Of a stretch of DNA of 16,133 bases, positions 5,522-14,897 are shown piece after piece (the first letter of the stretch is position 1; each line of letters starts with the position of its first letter). The DNA comes from Candidatus Eiseniibacteriota bacterium (GTDB taxonomy: Bacteria > Eisenbacteria > RBG-16-71-46), in the NCBI GenBank assembly GCA_044222065.1, contig JBGAOA010000055.1:12505-28637 (forward strand), given 5' to 3'. A program made the position numbers and the translations under genes. The notes below the pieces were generated by a model, which did no database searches, had not been told where the DNA came from, and was given only the letters and a program-made list of their open reading frames with translations.

Positions 5522-6961
5522 ATGACCGTCTCCGCCACGAACTCGATCCTGCCGGCCGGCCGGCTGAACCTGCGCTGGCTGGTCGCCGGCGCGGTGCTCG
5601 TCGCGCTCATCGCCGCGATCGGCTGGTGGGCATCGCAGCCCACGTACGTCACGCTGTACCGCGACCTCGACCTGCGCGAGTCGGGGCAGATCGCCGACCA
5701 GCTCGCGAAGGGCCGCATCGCCTACCGGCTCGAGAACGGCGGCACCGAAGTGCTCGTTCCGGCCGCGAACGTGGCCGCGGCGCGCGTCGCGCTCGCGAAG
5801 GAAGGCCTGCCGTCGTCGGGGCGCCCCGGGCTCGAGCTGTTCGACAAGCCGTCGTGGGGCATGACCGACTTCGCCCAGCGCGTGACGTTCCAGCGCGCGC
5901 TCGAAGGCGAACTCGCGCGCACGATCGGCGCGATCCAGGGCGTCGAGCGCGCGCAGGTTCACCTCGTGCTCGGCAGCTCGAGCGGACTGCGCCGGCTCGA
6001 CCGGCCCGCGGGCGCCTCGGTCGTGCTGACGCTCAAGAACGGCGTCACGCTGAGCCCCGAGAGCGTGCAGGGCATCGTGTACATCGTCAGCAACAGCGTC
6101 GAGCAGCTCTCCGCCGACAACGTCGCGGTGATGGACGACGCGGGGCGCGTGCTGTCGGTTCCGAGCGCGACCGCGGGCGCGACCGGCTCCGCGAGCCGCC
6201 ACCTCGACGTGCAGCACGGCATGGAGCAGGCGCTGTCCGACAAGATCGTCCTGCTGCTCGAGACGATCGTCGGCACGGGACGCGTGCGCGCCGAGGTGTC
6301 GGCGGTGATGAGCTTCGACCAGGTGGACCGCACGGTCGAGTCGTACAACCCGGACGGCGCGGTGCTGCAGAACGAGCAGCGCAGCGAGGCCGACGCCTCG
6401 CCGTCGGCCGGCACGGGCGCGCAAACGGTCGTGAACAACCTGTACCAGAACTCGCGCAGCGTCGAACGCAAGGTCGGCGGTGGCGCCGAGCTGCAGAAGC
6501 TCACGGTCGCGGTGCTCGTGGACCAGGACGCGATGGGGAAGGCGCGCAACGCCGCCGGCGCGCCGATCCAGACCGCGGAGCTCGAGCGCATGGTGCGCGA
6601 CGCCGTCGGCGCCGACTCCACGCGCGGCGACCGCGTGACGCTGCTCGCGGTGCCGTTCGAAGCCGCGTCGCTGCCCGAGGCGGGCGCGGGCGGCGATTCG
6701 AAGAAGGCGGGCCCGGACGTCATCGTGCTCGCCGAACGCGTGAGCCGCCCGATCGCGGGGCTCGTCGCGGTGATCGCGCTGCTGCTCGTCGGCCTGCGCG
6801 TGCTCAAGCCCGCGAGCGGCGCGCCGTCGGCCGGCGTTCCCGCGCCCGGCGGGGAGGCCGCGGGCGGAGCGCCGGCGGGCGCGCCCGCGCAGCTCGCCGC
6901 GAACGGCGATTCGCAGGAGGCCGCGGCGCAGGTCCTGCGCGCGTGGCTCGCGACCAAGTGA
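5522..6961 (+). CDS. fliF: Flagellar MS-ring protein FliF
   Basis: Two TM segments; GLELFD..WGMTDFAQRVTFQRALEGELARTI; AQVHLV; ASVVL; RGD; C-terminal AAQVLRAWL. Confidence 0.96.
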   Translation: MTVSATNSILPAGRLNLRWLVAGAVLVALIAAIGWWASQPTYVTLYRDLDLRESGQIADQLAKGRIAYRLENGGTEVLVPAANVAAARVALAKEGLPSSGRPGLELFDKPSWGMTDFAQRVTFQRALEGELARTIGAIQGVERAQVHLVLGSSSGLRRLDRPAGASVVLTLKNGVTLSPESVQGIVYIVSNSVEQLSADNVAVMDDAGRVLSVPSATAGATGSASRHLDVQHGMEQALSDKIVLLLETIVGTGRVRAEVSAVMSFDQVDRTVESYNPDGAVLQNEQRSEADASPSAGTGAQTVVNNLYQNSRSVERKVGGGAELQKLTVAVLVDQDAMGKARNAAGAPIQTAELERMVRDAVGADSTRGDRVTLLAVPFEAASLPEAGAGGDSKKAGPDVIVLAERVSRPIAGLVAVIALLLVGLRVLKPASGAPSAGVPAPGGEAAGGAPAGAPAQLAANGDSQEAAAQVLRAWLATK

Positions 6962-7998
6962 GCGCGCCCGCTCCGGTCTCGAAGCTCGCCGTCGAATCGC
7001 TCACCGGGTCGCAGAAGTGCGCGATCGTGTGCGTCTCGCTCGGCCCCGATGTCGCCTCGAAGCTGCTGCGCCAGCTGTCGAGCGACCAGGTCGAGCGCGT
7101 CACGCAGGAGATCGCCGCGCTGCCGCCCGTTCCGCCCGAGGTCGTCGCGCACGTCCTGCGCGAGTTCCAGCAGTCCGCGACGTCGCCGCCCGCGACGGCG
7201 CAGGGCGGCATGGTCTACGCGCGCGAGGTGCTCGAGCACGCGTTCGGCGCCGTGCGCGCTCGCGCGCTCGTGGACCGCATCGAGGAGCGCGGCGCGCCGC
7301 CGCAGCTCAGGCGCCTGAAGCAGGCGGCGCCCGACCTGCTCGCCGGCCTCCTGCGCGACGAACACCCGCAGGCCGCGGCGCTCGTGCTCGCGCACCTCGA
7401 CGCGCCGCAGGCGATCGCCGTGCTCGGCACGCTCGAAGTGAAACGCGCCGCCGAGGTGCTCTACCGCATGGCGAAGCTCGATCCGGTCGCGCCCGAGACG
7501 CTCGCGCAGCTCGAGGGCGCGCTCAGCGGCCGCACCGACCTCACGTTCGTGCCGAACAGCGCGCCGAGCGGCGGACCCGCATCGGTCGCGCGGCTGCTGA
7601 ACCTCGCCGGCGGCGGCGACCGCGGCAAGGAAGTGCTCGAAGCGCTCGGACAGCGCGACGGCGACCTCGCCGAGAAGGTGAAGGCGCTGATGTTCGTCTT
7701 CGAGGACCTGCTGCTCATCGACGGCCGCGGCGTGCAGCGGCTGCTGCGCGACGTCGAGTCGCGCGAGCTCGCGCTCGCGCTCAAGGCGGCGAGCGACGAA
7801 CTCAAGGCGCACATCCGCGCGAACATGTCGGAGCGCGCGGGCCAGGCGCTCGAGGAAGAGATCGAGATGCTCGGCCCCGTGCGCGTGAAGGACGTCGAGG
7901 CGGCCCAGACGCACATCATCGAATCGGTGCGCGCGCTGGAAGAGAGCGGCGAGATCCTCGTCCGCGGACGCGGGGGCAGCGACGATGTCATCGCCTGA
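6958..7998 (+). CDS. fliG: Flagellar motor switch protein FliG (346 aa)
   Basis: GTG overlapping the fliF stop; LTGSQKCAI; EHPQ; MFVFEDL; LALALK; NMSERA; GPVRVKDVEAAQ. Confidence 0.96.
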   Translation: MSAPAPVSKLAVESLTGSQKCAIVCVSLGPDVASKLLRQLSSDQVERVTQEIAALPPVPPEVVAHVLREFQQSATSPPATAQGGMVYAREVLEHAFGAVRARALVDRIEERGAPPQLRRLKQAAPDLLAGLLRDEHPQAAALVLAHLDAPQAIAVLGTLEVKRAAEVLYRMAKLDPVAPETLAQLEGALSGRTDLTFVPNSAPSGGPASVARLLNLAGGGDRGKEVLEALGQRDGDLAEKVKALMFVFEDLLLIDGRGVQRLLRDVESRELALALKAASDELKAHIRANMSERAGQALEEEIEMLGPVRVKDVEAAQTHIIESVRALEESGEILVRGRGGSDDVIA

Positions 7999-8596
7999 GC
8001 GCTTCACGCCCTGGCGGCCGCCGGTCGCCGACGCGCCGCGCGTCGTCGCGGCCGCCGACGAGACGGCGGCGGACCGCTGGCGTCCGGCGCCGCTCTCGGG
8101 GCCGCGCGCCGCGGCGGGCGGGGGCGACGACTCGTCGCGCGCGTTCGAGGCCGGGCGCGCCGCGGGCGAAGCGGCCGCGACCGCGCGCCTCGAGAGCGCC
8201 GTGCGCGCGATGCGGCGCGCCGCCAGCGCGCGCGAGGAAGACCGCGACGACTTCGAGGCCGCCCGCACGCTGAACCTCGAGGCGCTCGCGCTCGCGATCG
8301 CGCGCCACCGCGTGGACCGCGCGTACGAGGCCGACCCCGGGCTCGTCGCGACGCTCGTCGAGCGCGCGATGCGGCTGCTCCCGGACGGGCCGCCGTCCGT
8401 GCGCCTGAACCCCTCGGACCTCGAGCGCGTGCGCGCGACGCTCGCGGGCGGAGACGAGTCGCACGCGCCGGCGCGGCTCGTCGCCGACGCCGAGATCGCG
8501 CCCGGGAACTTCGTGATCGAGTCGCCGCAGCGGCTCGTGGACGGACGCACGGACGTCGCCCTGCGGCGGCTCTACGAGAGGTTCGAACATGCCTGA
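7985..8596 (+). CDS. fliH: Flagellar assembly protein FliH (divergent)
   Basis: Between fliG and fliI; AFEAGRAAG; VRLNPSDL; LVADAEIAPGNFVIES...VDG. Confidence 0.85.
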   Translation: MSSPERFTPWRPPVADAPRVVAAADETAADRWRPAPLSGPRAAAGGGDDSSRAFEAGRAAGEAAATARLESAVRAMRRAASAREEDRDDFEAARTLNLEALALAIARHRVDRAYEADPGLVATLVERAMRLLPDGPPSVRLNPSDLERVRATLAGGDESHAPARLVADAEIAPGNFVIESPQRLVDGRTDVALRRLYERFEHA

Positions 8597-9944
8597 GTCC
8601 CGCTTCGCGCAGCGCTTCGAACGCGCGTGCCTCACGGTCGCGGAGGCGCCGCGCTTCGACGTGCACGGCCGCGTGACGCGCGTCATCGGCCAGGTCGTCG
8701 AGGCGAGTTCGCTGCCGGTCGCCGTCGGCGACCTGTGCCGGCTCGCGCCCGACGACCACCACGGCGTGCTCGCGCAGGTCGTGGGCTTCCACGAGCGCGG
8801 CGTGCTGCTCATGCCGCTCGGCGCGACGGAAGGCGTGCACCCGGGCGCGAGCGTGATCCCGCTCGGACACACGTTCGAGGCCGAGGTCGGCGAGTCGCTC
8901 GTCGGCCGCGTGCTCGACGGACTGGGCCGCCCGATCGACGACCTTGGGCCGCTCGGCGACCTGCCGCGCCGCCCGCTGCTCGCAGCACCCCCGAATCCGC
9001 TCGACCGCCGGCCGATCCGCGAGCCGCTCGCGACCGGCGTGCGCGCGATCGACGGCCTGCTCACGCTCGGGCTCGGACAGCGCATCGGCATCATGGCGGG
9101 CAGCGGCGTCGGCAAGAGCGTGCTGCTCGGCATGATCGCGCGTTCGTCCAGCGCCGACGTCAACGTGATCGCGCTGCTCGGCGAGCGCGGGCGCGAGCTG
9201 CGCGAGTTCATCGAGCGCGACCTCGGGCCGGAAGGCCTCGCGCGCTCGGTCGTCGTCACCGCGACGAGCGATCAGGCGGCGCTCGTGCGCGCGACCGGGG
9301 CGCTCGTGGCGACCACGATCGCCGAGTACTTCCGCGACACGGGCCGCGACGTGCTCCTGATGATGGACTCGGTCACGCGCGTCGCGATGGCGCAGCGCGA
9401 GATCGGGCTCGCGGTCGGCGAGCCGCCGACGACGAAGGGCTATCCGCCGTCCGTCTTCGCCTCGCTGCCCCGGCTGCTCGAACGCGCCGGCTCGGCGGCG
9501 CGCGGCAGCATCACGGGGCTCTACACCGTGCTCGTCGAGGGCGACGACTTCAACGAGCCGATCGCCGACGCGGCGCGCTCGATCCTCGACGGACACATCG
9601 TGCTCTCGCGGCGGCTCGCGAACGTGCGCCACTTCCCGGCGGTCGACGTGCTCGAGAGCGTGAGCCGCGTGCGCGACGCCGTGGTGTCGCGCGAACAGCT
9701 GCGGGCGGCGAACGCGTTCCTGAAGCTCGAAGCCGCGTGGCGGCAGAACGAGGACCTGATCTCGGTCGGCGCCTACAAGCCCGGCGCGGATCCCGCCGTG
9801 GACGCGGCGCTCGCGCTGCGCACCGAGACGCAGGGCTTCCTGCGCCAGGCGGCGGGCGAGTCCGAGTCGTACGACGGCACGCTCGTGCGGCTCACGGAAA
9901 TCGTGCGGCGCGCCGGCTCCAAGCTGGGTGAGGACGCCGCGTGA
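8589..9944 (+). CDS. fliI: Flagellar export ATPase FliI
   Basis: TGVRAIDGLL; GQRIGIMAGSGVGKS; GERGRE; LMMDSVTR; GEPPTTKGYPPSVF; ILDGHIVLSR. Confidence 0.97.
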   Translation: MPESRFAQRFERACLTVAEAPRFDVHGRVTRVIGQVVEASSLPVAVGDLCRLAPDDHHGVLAQVVGFHERGVLLMPLGATEGVHPGASVIPLGHTFEAEVGESLVGRVLDGLGRPIDDLGPLGDLPRRPLLAAPPNPLDRRPIREPLATGVRAIDGLLTLGLGQRIGIMAGSGVGKSVLLGMIARSSSADVNVIALLGERGRELREFIERDLGPEGLARSVVVTATSDQAALVRATGALVATTIAEYFRDTGRDVLLMMDSVTRVAMAQREIGLAVGEPPTTKGYPPSVFASLPRLLERAGSAARGSITGLYTVLVEGDDFNEPIADAARSILDGHIVLSRRLANVRHFPAVDVLESVSRVRDAVVSREQLRAANAFLKLEAAWRQNEDLISVGAYKPGADPAVDAALALRTETQGFLRQAAGESESYDGTLVRLTEIVRRAGSKLGEDAA

Positions 9945-10393
9945 AGCGCTTCGTGTTCAGGCTCGACCGGCTGCTCGACCTGCGGCGCCAGCGCGAACGC
10001 GCGCGGGCCCGCGCGCTCGGCGACGCGCTCGAGGCGGAACGCCGCGAACGCGAAGCGGTCGAGCGCGCCGAGCAGAAGCTCGAACGCGCGAGCGATCGCG
10101 CGAACGAAGCCCAGGGCGAGGTCGCTCCGGCGGGCGAATGGACGCACCGCCACCTCGCGAACCGCGCGCTCCAGCGCGCGGTCGAAGACGCCGAGGCGAG
10201 CCACCGCGCCGCGGAGTCCGCCGCGGGCGAGGAACGGGAACGCTACGGAGAAGCGCGCCGCGACCGGCGCGCGCTGGAGCGCCTGCGCGAGGAGCGGCTC
10301 GAGCACCACCGCGTCGAGGACTCGCGCGACGAACAGAAGCAGATCGACGAGATCGCGGGGCAACGTCACGCCCGCACGGAGGAGGAGCGATGA
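9941..10393 (+). CDS. fliJ: Flagellar export protein FliJ
   Basis: MKRFVFRLDRLLDLR; coiled coil; LERLRE...EQKQIDEIA; directly after fliI. Confidence 0.9.
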   Translation: MKRFVFRLDRLLDLRRQRERARARALGDALEAERREREAVERAEQKLERASDRANEAQGEVAPAGEWTHRHLANRALQRAVEDAEASHRAAESAAGEERERYGEARRDRRALERLREERLEHHRVEDSRDEQKQIDEIAGQRHARTEEER

Positions 10394-10941
10394 ACAAGCT
10401 GATCCTGTTCGGCGCGATCGCGTTCGTGGTCGGCGCCGGGGCCGGCACCGGACTCGGGGTCCAGAACGCCGCGAAGAAGGCGAAGGCCGTCGCCGAAGCC
10501 GCCGCGGCGGATTCGCTGGCCGCGAAGGCCGCGGCCGACTCGCTCGCGAAGCTCGCGCACGAGGGGCCCGGCGCCGCGGAGCCCGCGGTGCACGGTGCGC
10601 CGTCGCACAATGGAGGCCACGCCGCGGCGCCCGTCCAGGCCGAGCCCGCGGCCGTGACGACGCACGCTCCGGAACTGCACGCCGCGCCGCCCGCCCCCGC
10701 GCCCGCGCGCGCCCGGACGGACGAGCCGGCCGACTACGCGCAGGTCTCGCGCATCCTCGTGAACATGAAGCCGAAGGACGCCGCGGTGATCCTCGGCCAC
10801 CTGAGCGACGACCACGTCGAGGGCATCCTGCGAAGCGTCGGCGTGCGCCAGGCCGCGGCGCTGCTCACGGCGCTGCCGCCCGAGCGCGCGGCCGTGATGA
10901 GCCGCCGCCTCATCGAGCGCGCGCCGGGAGGTGAGCGATGA
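10390..10941 (+). CDS. MotE/FlbB/YlxF-like flagellar protein (N-terminal TM plus MgtE_N-like helical repeats), 183 aa
   Basis: ATG 10390 after GGAGGAG; hydrophobic N-terminus; Ala/Pro/His linker; MKPKDAAVIL...ILRSVGVRQAAALLTALPPERAA; located between fliJ and fliK. Confidence 0.8.
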   Translation: MNKLILFGAIAFVVGAGAGTGLGVQNAAKKAKAVAEAAAADSLAAKAAADSLAKLAHEGPGAAEPAVHGAPSHNGGHAAAPVQAEPAAVTTHAPELHAAPPAPAPARARTDEPADYAQVSRILVNMKPKDAAVILGHLSDDHVEGILRSVGVRQAAALLTALPPERAAVMSRRLIERAPGGER

Positions 10942-12779
10942 ACGCCGCGATCCCGTCGCTGCTTCCGATCCCCGCGATCGCCGAGCCCGCGGCGCCGCCC
11001 GATCCGAACGCGTCCGCCACGGGCGACGGCGAGGGCGCGAGCTTCGCGATGGCGCTCGCGGCGGCGGCGCTCGCGCCGCTCGCCGTGCCGTCTCCCGTCG
11101 TCGCACCGGCGCCCGCGGCCGAAGCGCCCGCGCCGCTCGAGGACTCGGGCGAGGCGGCGACGCCGCCGGCCGAGCCCGGGATCGAGGGAACCACGGGAAC
11201 GCCGCCGCGGCCGGGAGAGGTGACTCGGCTCGGCGCGCCGCACGCGCCGTGCGGCGAGACGTGGATCGTTCCGCCGCGGATGCCGGGCCGACTCGCGACG
11301 CCGGTGCCGACGGCGCCGCCGCCCGCGGATGTGCCCGCGCACGGCGCCGCCGCGCCGCTCGGGCGCTCGCTCGAGGCGTCCCCGCACGCGGACCCGGGAT
11401 CGCCCGCGCGCGAGGCCGGGCGCGCGATCGCGCCGCCGCCCGCGCTCGAAGGCGCGGCCCGCGGCGAGACGCCGCCGCCCGCGAACGACCTCGAACCCTC
11501 CGATGGCGCTCCCACCGAGTCCGCCGACGGCGTTCCGGTCGATGCGCCCGAGGGCGCGATCCGTCCGTCCGCGACCGCCTCGCGGCTCTCGGCGTGGTTC
11601 GCCTCGCCCGAGTCGAGCGCGTTCGCGGCCGCATCGCCCGCGCTGCTCTCCGCGCTCGTGAACGCGCCCGCGATCGCGGACGAAGCGATCGGGGCCGCCG
11701 GGCCGGAGGCGTTCGCGACGCCGGCGTCCGCGCCCGCGTCGCGGCCCGCGACGGCGTACGCGCGCGTCGCGAACGCGGCCGCTCCGCCGCAGGCGGGCGC
11801 CGTCGTCGCGCGGGCGCTCGCGCCGGGCGCGCTCGCGCGGCCGAACGCATCGAGCGAAGCCGCGGCGCGCGCGGGCGAGTCGGGCGCCGTGCCGTCCGAT
11901 GCGGACGTCCCCGCGGTCCCGGTGCCGGTGCGCGAGGCGCACGAACTCGCGGGACTGCGCGTGCTGTCGCTGCGCGGCGACTGGGAGCGCGCGGCCACGG
12001 CGCCCGCGGCGCGCGCGGTCGCGGACGCCCCGGTCGTGCCCGCGTCGTCGCCCGCGCCCGCTCCCGCGGCCGCGGTCTCGGCGGCTCCGGCCGATCCCCG
12101 CGGTGCGCGAACGAACTTGGCCGACGTGCCCGAGCGCGCCGCGGATGCGTCCCGCGCGGCGTCGTCGCCGCAGCCCGCCGTGGAGGCCGCGGCGACCGGC
12201 GTCGCCCGGAACGCGCGTGCGGCCGCGCCGCCGCGCGCGTCCGCGCCGCGGCCGCCGAGGGCGCCGAGGCGGGCACTTCGCGTTCCGCGCCGGCCGTCGC
12301 CGCGCGCGGACCGACCCGCGCCGCCGCTCGCGGAGCCGCAGGCGGGCGCGCGCCTCGATCGCGAGGCTGCCGGCGACATCGCTGCGCCGCGCGCGCCGCT
12401 CGCCGCGCCGGCCGAACCGCGCGAGGGCGCCTCGCCGCTCGCTCGCGTCGTCGTGCCGTTCTCGGACGAGTCGGGCGCGGGCCGGCTGCGGCTCACCGTG
12501 CGCGGCGACCAGCTCACCGCCCGCATCGAGGCCTCGGACCCCGCGAGCGCCCGGCGTCTCGAACAGGGGCTCGGCGAACTCGCGCGCGAACTCGGAGCGC
12601 GCGGCTTCGGCGATGCGCGCGTCACCGTGCACGCGCCGCGCGCGGCCGAGCCGGCCGCGGCGTCGCGCGAGGGCTCGAACGAGCCGCGCTCCGAGGAGCG
12701 GCGGCAGGAACACACCACGCAGGACGGCGCGCCGCGCGAGCGGCGTCGTCGCGCGCCCGGCGACGGGCGGGAAAGGTAG
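10938..12779 (+). CDS. fliK: Flagellar hook-length control protein FliK (613 aa)
   Basis: Long Ala/Pro-rich low-complexity region; C-terminal T3S4-like GRLRLTVRGDQLTARIEASDPASARRLEQGLGELARELGARGF; directly upstream of flgD. Confidence 0.8.
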   Translation: MNAAIPSLLPIPAIAEPAAPPDPNASATGDGEGASFAMALAAAALAPLAVPSPVVAPAPAAEAPAPLEDSGEAATPPAEPGIEGTTGTPPRPGEVTRLGAPHAPCGETWIVPPRMPGRLATPVPTAPPPADVPAHGAAAPLGRSLEASPHADPGSPAREAGRAIAPPPALEGAARGETPPPANDLEPSDGAPTESADGVPVDAPEGAIRPSATASRLSAWFASPESSAFAAASPALLSALVNAPAIADEAIGAAGPEAFATPASAPASRPATAYARVANAAAPPQAGAVVARALAPGALARPNASSEAAARAGESGAVPSDADVPAVPVPVREAHELAGLRVLSLRGDWERAATAPAARAVADAPVVPASSPAPAPAAAVSAAPADPRGARTNLADVPERAADASRAASSPQPAVEAAATGVARNARAAAPPRASAPRPPRAPRRALRVPRRPSPRADRPAPPLAEPQAGARLDREAAGDIAAPRAPLAAPAEPREGASPLARVVVPFSDESGAGRLRLTVRGDQLTARIEASDPASARRLEQGLGELARELGARGFGDARVTVHAPRAAEPAAASREGSNEPRSEERRQEHTTQDGAPRERRRRAPGDGRER

Positions 12780-12785
12780 GCGACC

Positions 12786-13445
12786 GTGATCGACCCCGTT
12801 TCGAGCCCGTCGCTGTTCGCGGGCGCCGGCAGCAACGCTTCGAGCGGCACGAAGGAGCTCGGCCGCGACCAGTTCCTGCAGCTGCTCGTCGCGCAGCTCA
12901 AGCACCAGGACCCGATGTCGCCGCTCGAGGCTTCCGAATTCGCGGCGCAGCTCGCGCAGTTCTCGTCGGTCGAGCAGCTGACGCAGCTCAACGACGGGCT
13001 CGCCGCGCTCCAGGCCTCGGACCACCTGCAGATGCTCATGAGCGAGGCCTCGTTCACCGCCGGCCTCGTCGGCAAGACGGTCGTCACCGAGGGCGCGATC
13101 GTCGAGGTCACGTCCGAAGCGAAGCCGGTCGTGCACGTCAACGTCGGCGGCCGCGGCGGCAACGGCACGCTGATCCTGCGCGACGCGAAGGGCACCGAGG
13201 TCGCGCGCCGCGAGCTCGGCTGGATCGAGCCCGGCACGCAGGACCTCACGCTGCCCGGCGGCCTGCCCGAGGGCTCGTGGACCTACGAGCTGAACGTGAA
13301 GGACAACGCCGGCGGCGACGTGACGGTGCACCGCTTCACGATGGGGAAGGTGGAGACCGTGAGCTTCTCGAACGGCAACGTGCTCATGCGCGTGGCGGGC
13401 AAGGACATCGTGCTCGACTCGCTCGTGGAGATCCTGTCGAAGTGA
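12786..13445 (+). CDS. flgD: Flagellar hook-capping protein FlgD
   Basis: LGRDQFLQLLVAQLKHQDPMSP..EFAAQLAQFSSVEQL; LVGKTV. Confidence 0.96.
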   Translation: MIDPVSSPSLFAGAGSNASSGTKELGRDQFLQLLVAQLKHQDPMSPLEASEFAAQLAQFSSVEQLTQLNDGLAALQASDHLQMLMSEASFTAGLVGKTVVTEGAIVEVTSEAKPVVHVNVGGRGGNGTLILRDAKGTEVARRELGWIEPGTQDLTLPGGLPEGSWTYELNVKDNAGGDVTVHRFTMGKVETVSFSNGNVLMRVAGKDIVLDSLVEILSK

Positions 13446-13477
13446 CCCCCCGGGTGCTCGCGCCCGCCGCCCAGGAA

Positions 13478-13608
13478 GGAGACCGCAGCCGGTCGTGACC
13501 GGCGGAATGCCCGCGGCTCCGGTTTCGTCGACCGGAACGCGCCCGCCGCGACGCAGTGAAGGAAGAGAGAGAGCAGAAGAGCAACCGAGCGAAGCGAAGC
13601 GAAGTGAA
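13478..13608 (+). other. Structured, purine-rich flgD-flgE intergenic element
   Basis: Hairpins GCCGGT-CGTG-ACCGGC and TCCGGT-TTCGTCG-ACCGGA, followed by a GA tract and 4 x G(C/T)GAA (13589-13608). Confidence 0.4.
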
Positions 13609-13635
13609 CCGGGAAACCCAGGAGGGATCGGTCCC

Positions 13636-14886
13636 ATGATGAGAGCGCTCTTCGCCGGCGTGTCCGGCCTGCGCAATCACCAGACGCGGATGGACGTGAT
13701 CGGCAACAACATCGCGAACGTCAACACCGTGGGCTTCAAGGCCTCGCGCGTCACGTTCAAGGAAGCGTTCGTGCAGCTGCTGCAGGGCGCATCGCGTCCG
13801 CCCGGAAACCTCGGCGGCATCAACCCGGTGCAGATCGGCACCGGCATGAACATCGGCTCGATCGACCAGCTGTTCACGCAGGGCGGTCTCGAGACGACGG
13901 GCCAGCCGCTCGACATGGCGATTCAGGGCGACGGCTTCTTCATCCTGAACGCCGGCAACGGCAACGTGTACACGCGCGCCGGGAACTTCCAGCTCGACGC
14001 GGACGGCCGGCTCATCTCGCCGAGCTCGGGCTTCGTCGTTCAGGGCATCGTCGCGGACGCGCTCGGCAACTTCTCGTCGGCGTCCTCGATCGGCGACATC
14101 CAGCTGCGGCTCGGCGACAAGGCGCCCCCGCAGGCGACGAGCAACATCACGCTGACGGGCAACCTCGATTCGCGCGCCGCGGTCGGCGCGCAGCACACGA
14201 TGGGCATCACGGTGTACGACAGCGCCGGCACGCCGATCCAGCTGCAGCTCACGTTCACGAACACGGGCCCCGGCGCGTGGTCGTGGGCGGCGACGAGCCC
14301 GACGGCGGCGATCACGCCGGCCGGGACCGGCACCGTCACGTTCAACGCGAACGGCACGCTCGCGACGTTCACGTACCCGGGCGGCGGCGCGAACTTCACG
14401 GTCACGCCGGCCGGCGGGCAGGCCTTCAACGTCACGATCGATCCCGGCACGATCAACGGACTCGACGGCCTCGCCGGGTTCGCGAATCCGTCGAACGCCG
14501 TCGTGAACAGCCAGGACGGCTACCCGGCCGGCGATCTCGAGAACATCAGCGTGGACACGCGCGGCATCATCACCGGCTTCTTCACGAACGGCGTGAGCCG
14601 CAACCTCGCGCAGATCGCGCTCGCCTCGTTCAACAACCCGTCGGGCCTGCTGCGCACCGGCGACAACGTCTTCCGCCAGTCCCCGAACTCGGGCCAGGCC
14701 GTCACGGGCTTCGTCGGCGGCACGAGCCGCTCGACGATGACGCCGGGCGCGCTCGAAGGCTCGAACGTGGACATCTCGCAGGAGTTCACGGAGATGATCA
14801 TCGCGCAGCGCGGCTTCCAGGCGAATGCGCGCGTGATCACGACCGCGGACGACATGCTGAACGAACTCGTCAACCTGCGCCGCTAG
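13636..14886 (+). CDS. flgE: Flagellar hook protein FlgE (416 aa)
   Basis: MMRALFAGVSGL...MDVIGNNIANVNTVGFKASR; DMAIQGDGFF; YTRAGNF; GALEGSNVDISQEFTEMIIAQRGFQANARVIT; AGGAGG SD. Confidence 0.97.
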   Translation: MMRALFAGVSGLRNHQTRMDVIGNNIANVNTVGFKASRVTFKEAFVQLLQGASRPPGNLGGINPVQIGTGMNIGSIDQLFTQGGLETTGQPLDMAIQGDGFFILNAGNGNVYTRAGNFQLDADGRLISPSSGFVVQGIVADALGNFSSASSIGDIQLRLGDKAPPQATSNITLTGNLDSRAAVGAQHTMGITVYDSAGTPIQLQLTFTNTGPGAWSWAATSPTAAITPAGTGTVTFNANGTLATFTYPGGGANFTVTPAGGQAFNVTIDPGTINGLDGLAGFANPSNAVVNSQDGYPAGDLENISVDTRGIITGFFTNGVSRNLAQIALASFNNPSGLLRTGDNVFRQSPNSGQAVTGFVGGTSRSTMTPGALEGSNVDISQEFTEMIIAQRGFQANARVITTADDMLNELVNLRR

Positions 14887-14897
14887 TCGCGGCGCAT

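Noticed and set aside
13488..13536. Guanidine-II (mini-ykkC)-like twin hairpins
   Set aside because: ACGA-like loops appear only on the antisense strand, loop geometry is wrong, and no transporter gene follows.
13589..13608. CRISPR or phase-variable repeat (GCGAA x3 plus GTGAA)
   Set aside because: Too short, no spacers, no cas genes; retained only as part of the flgE leader.
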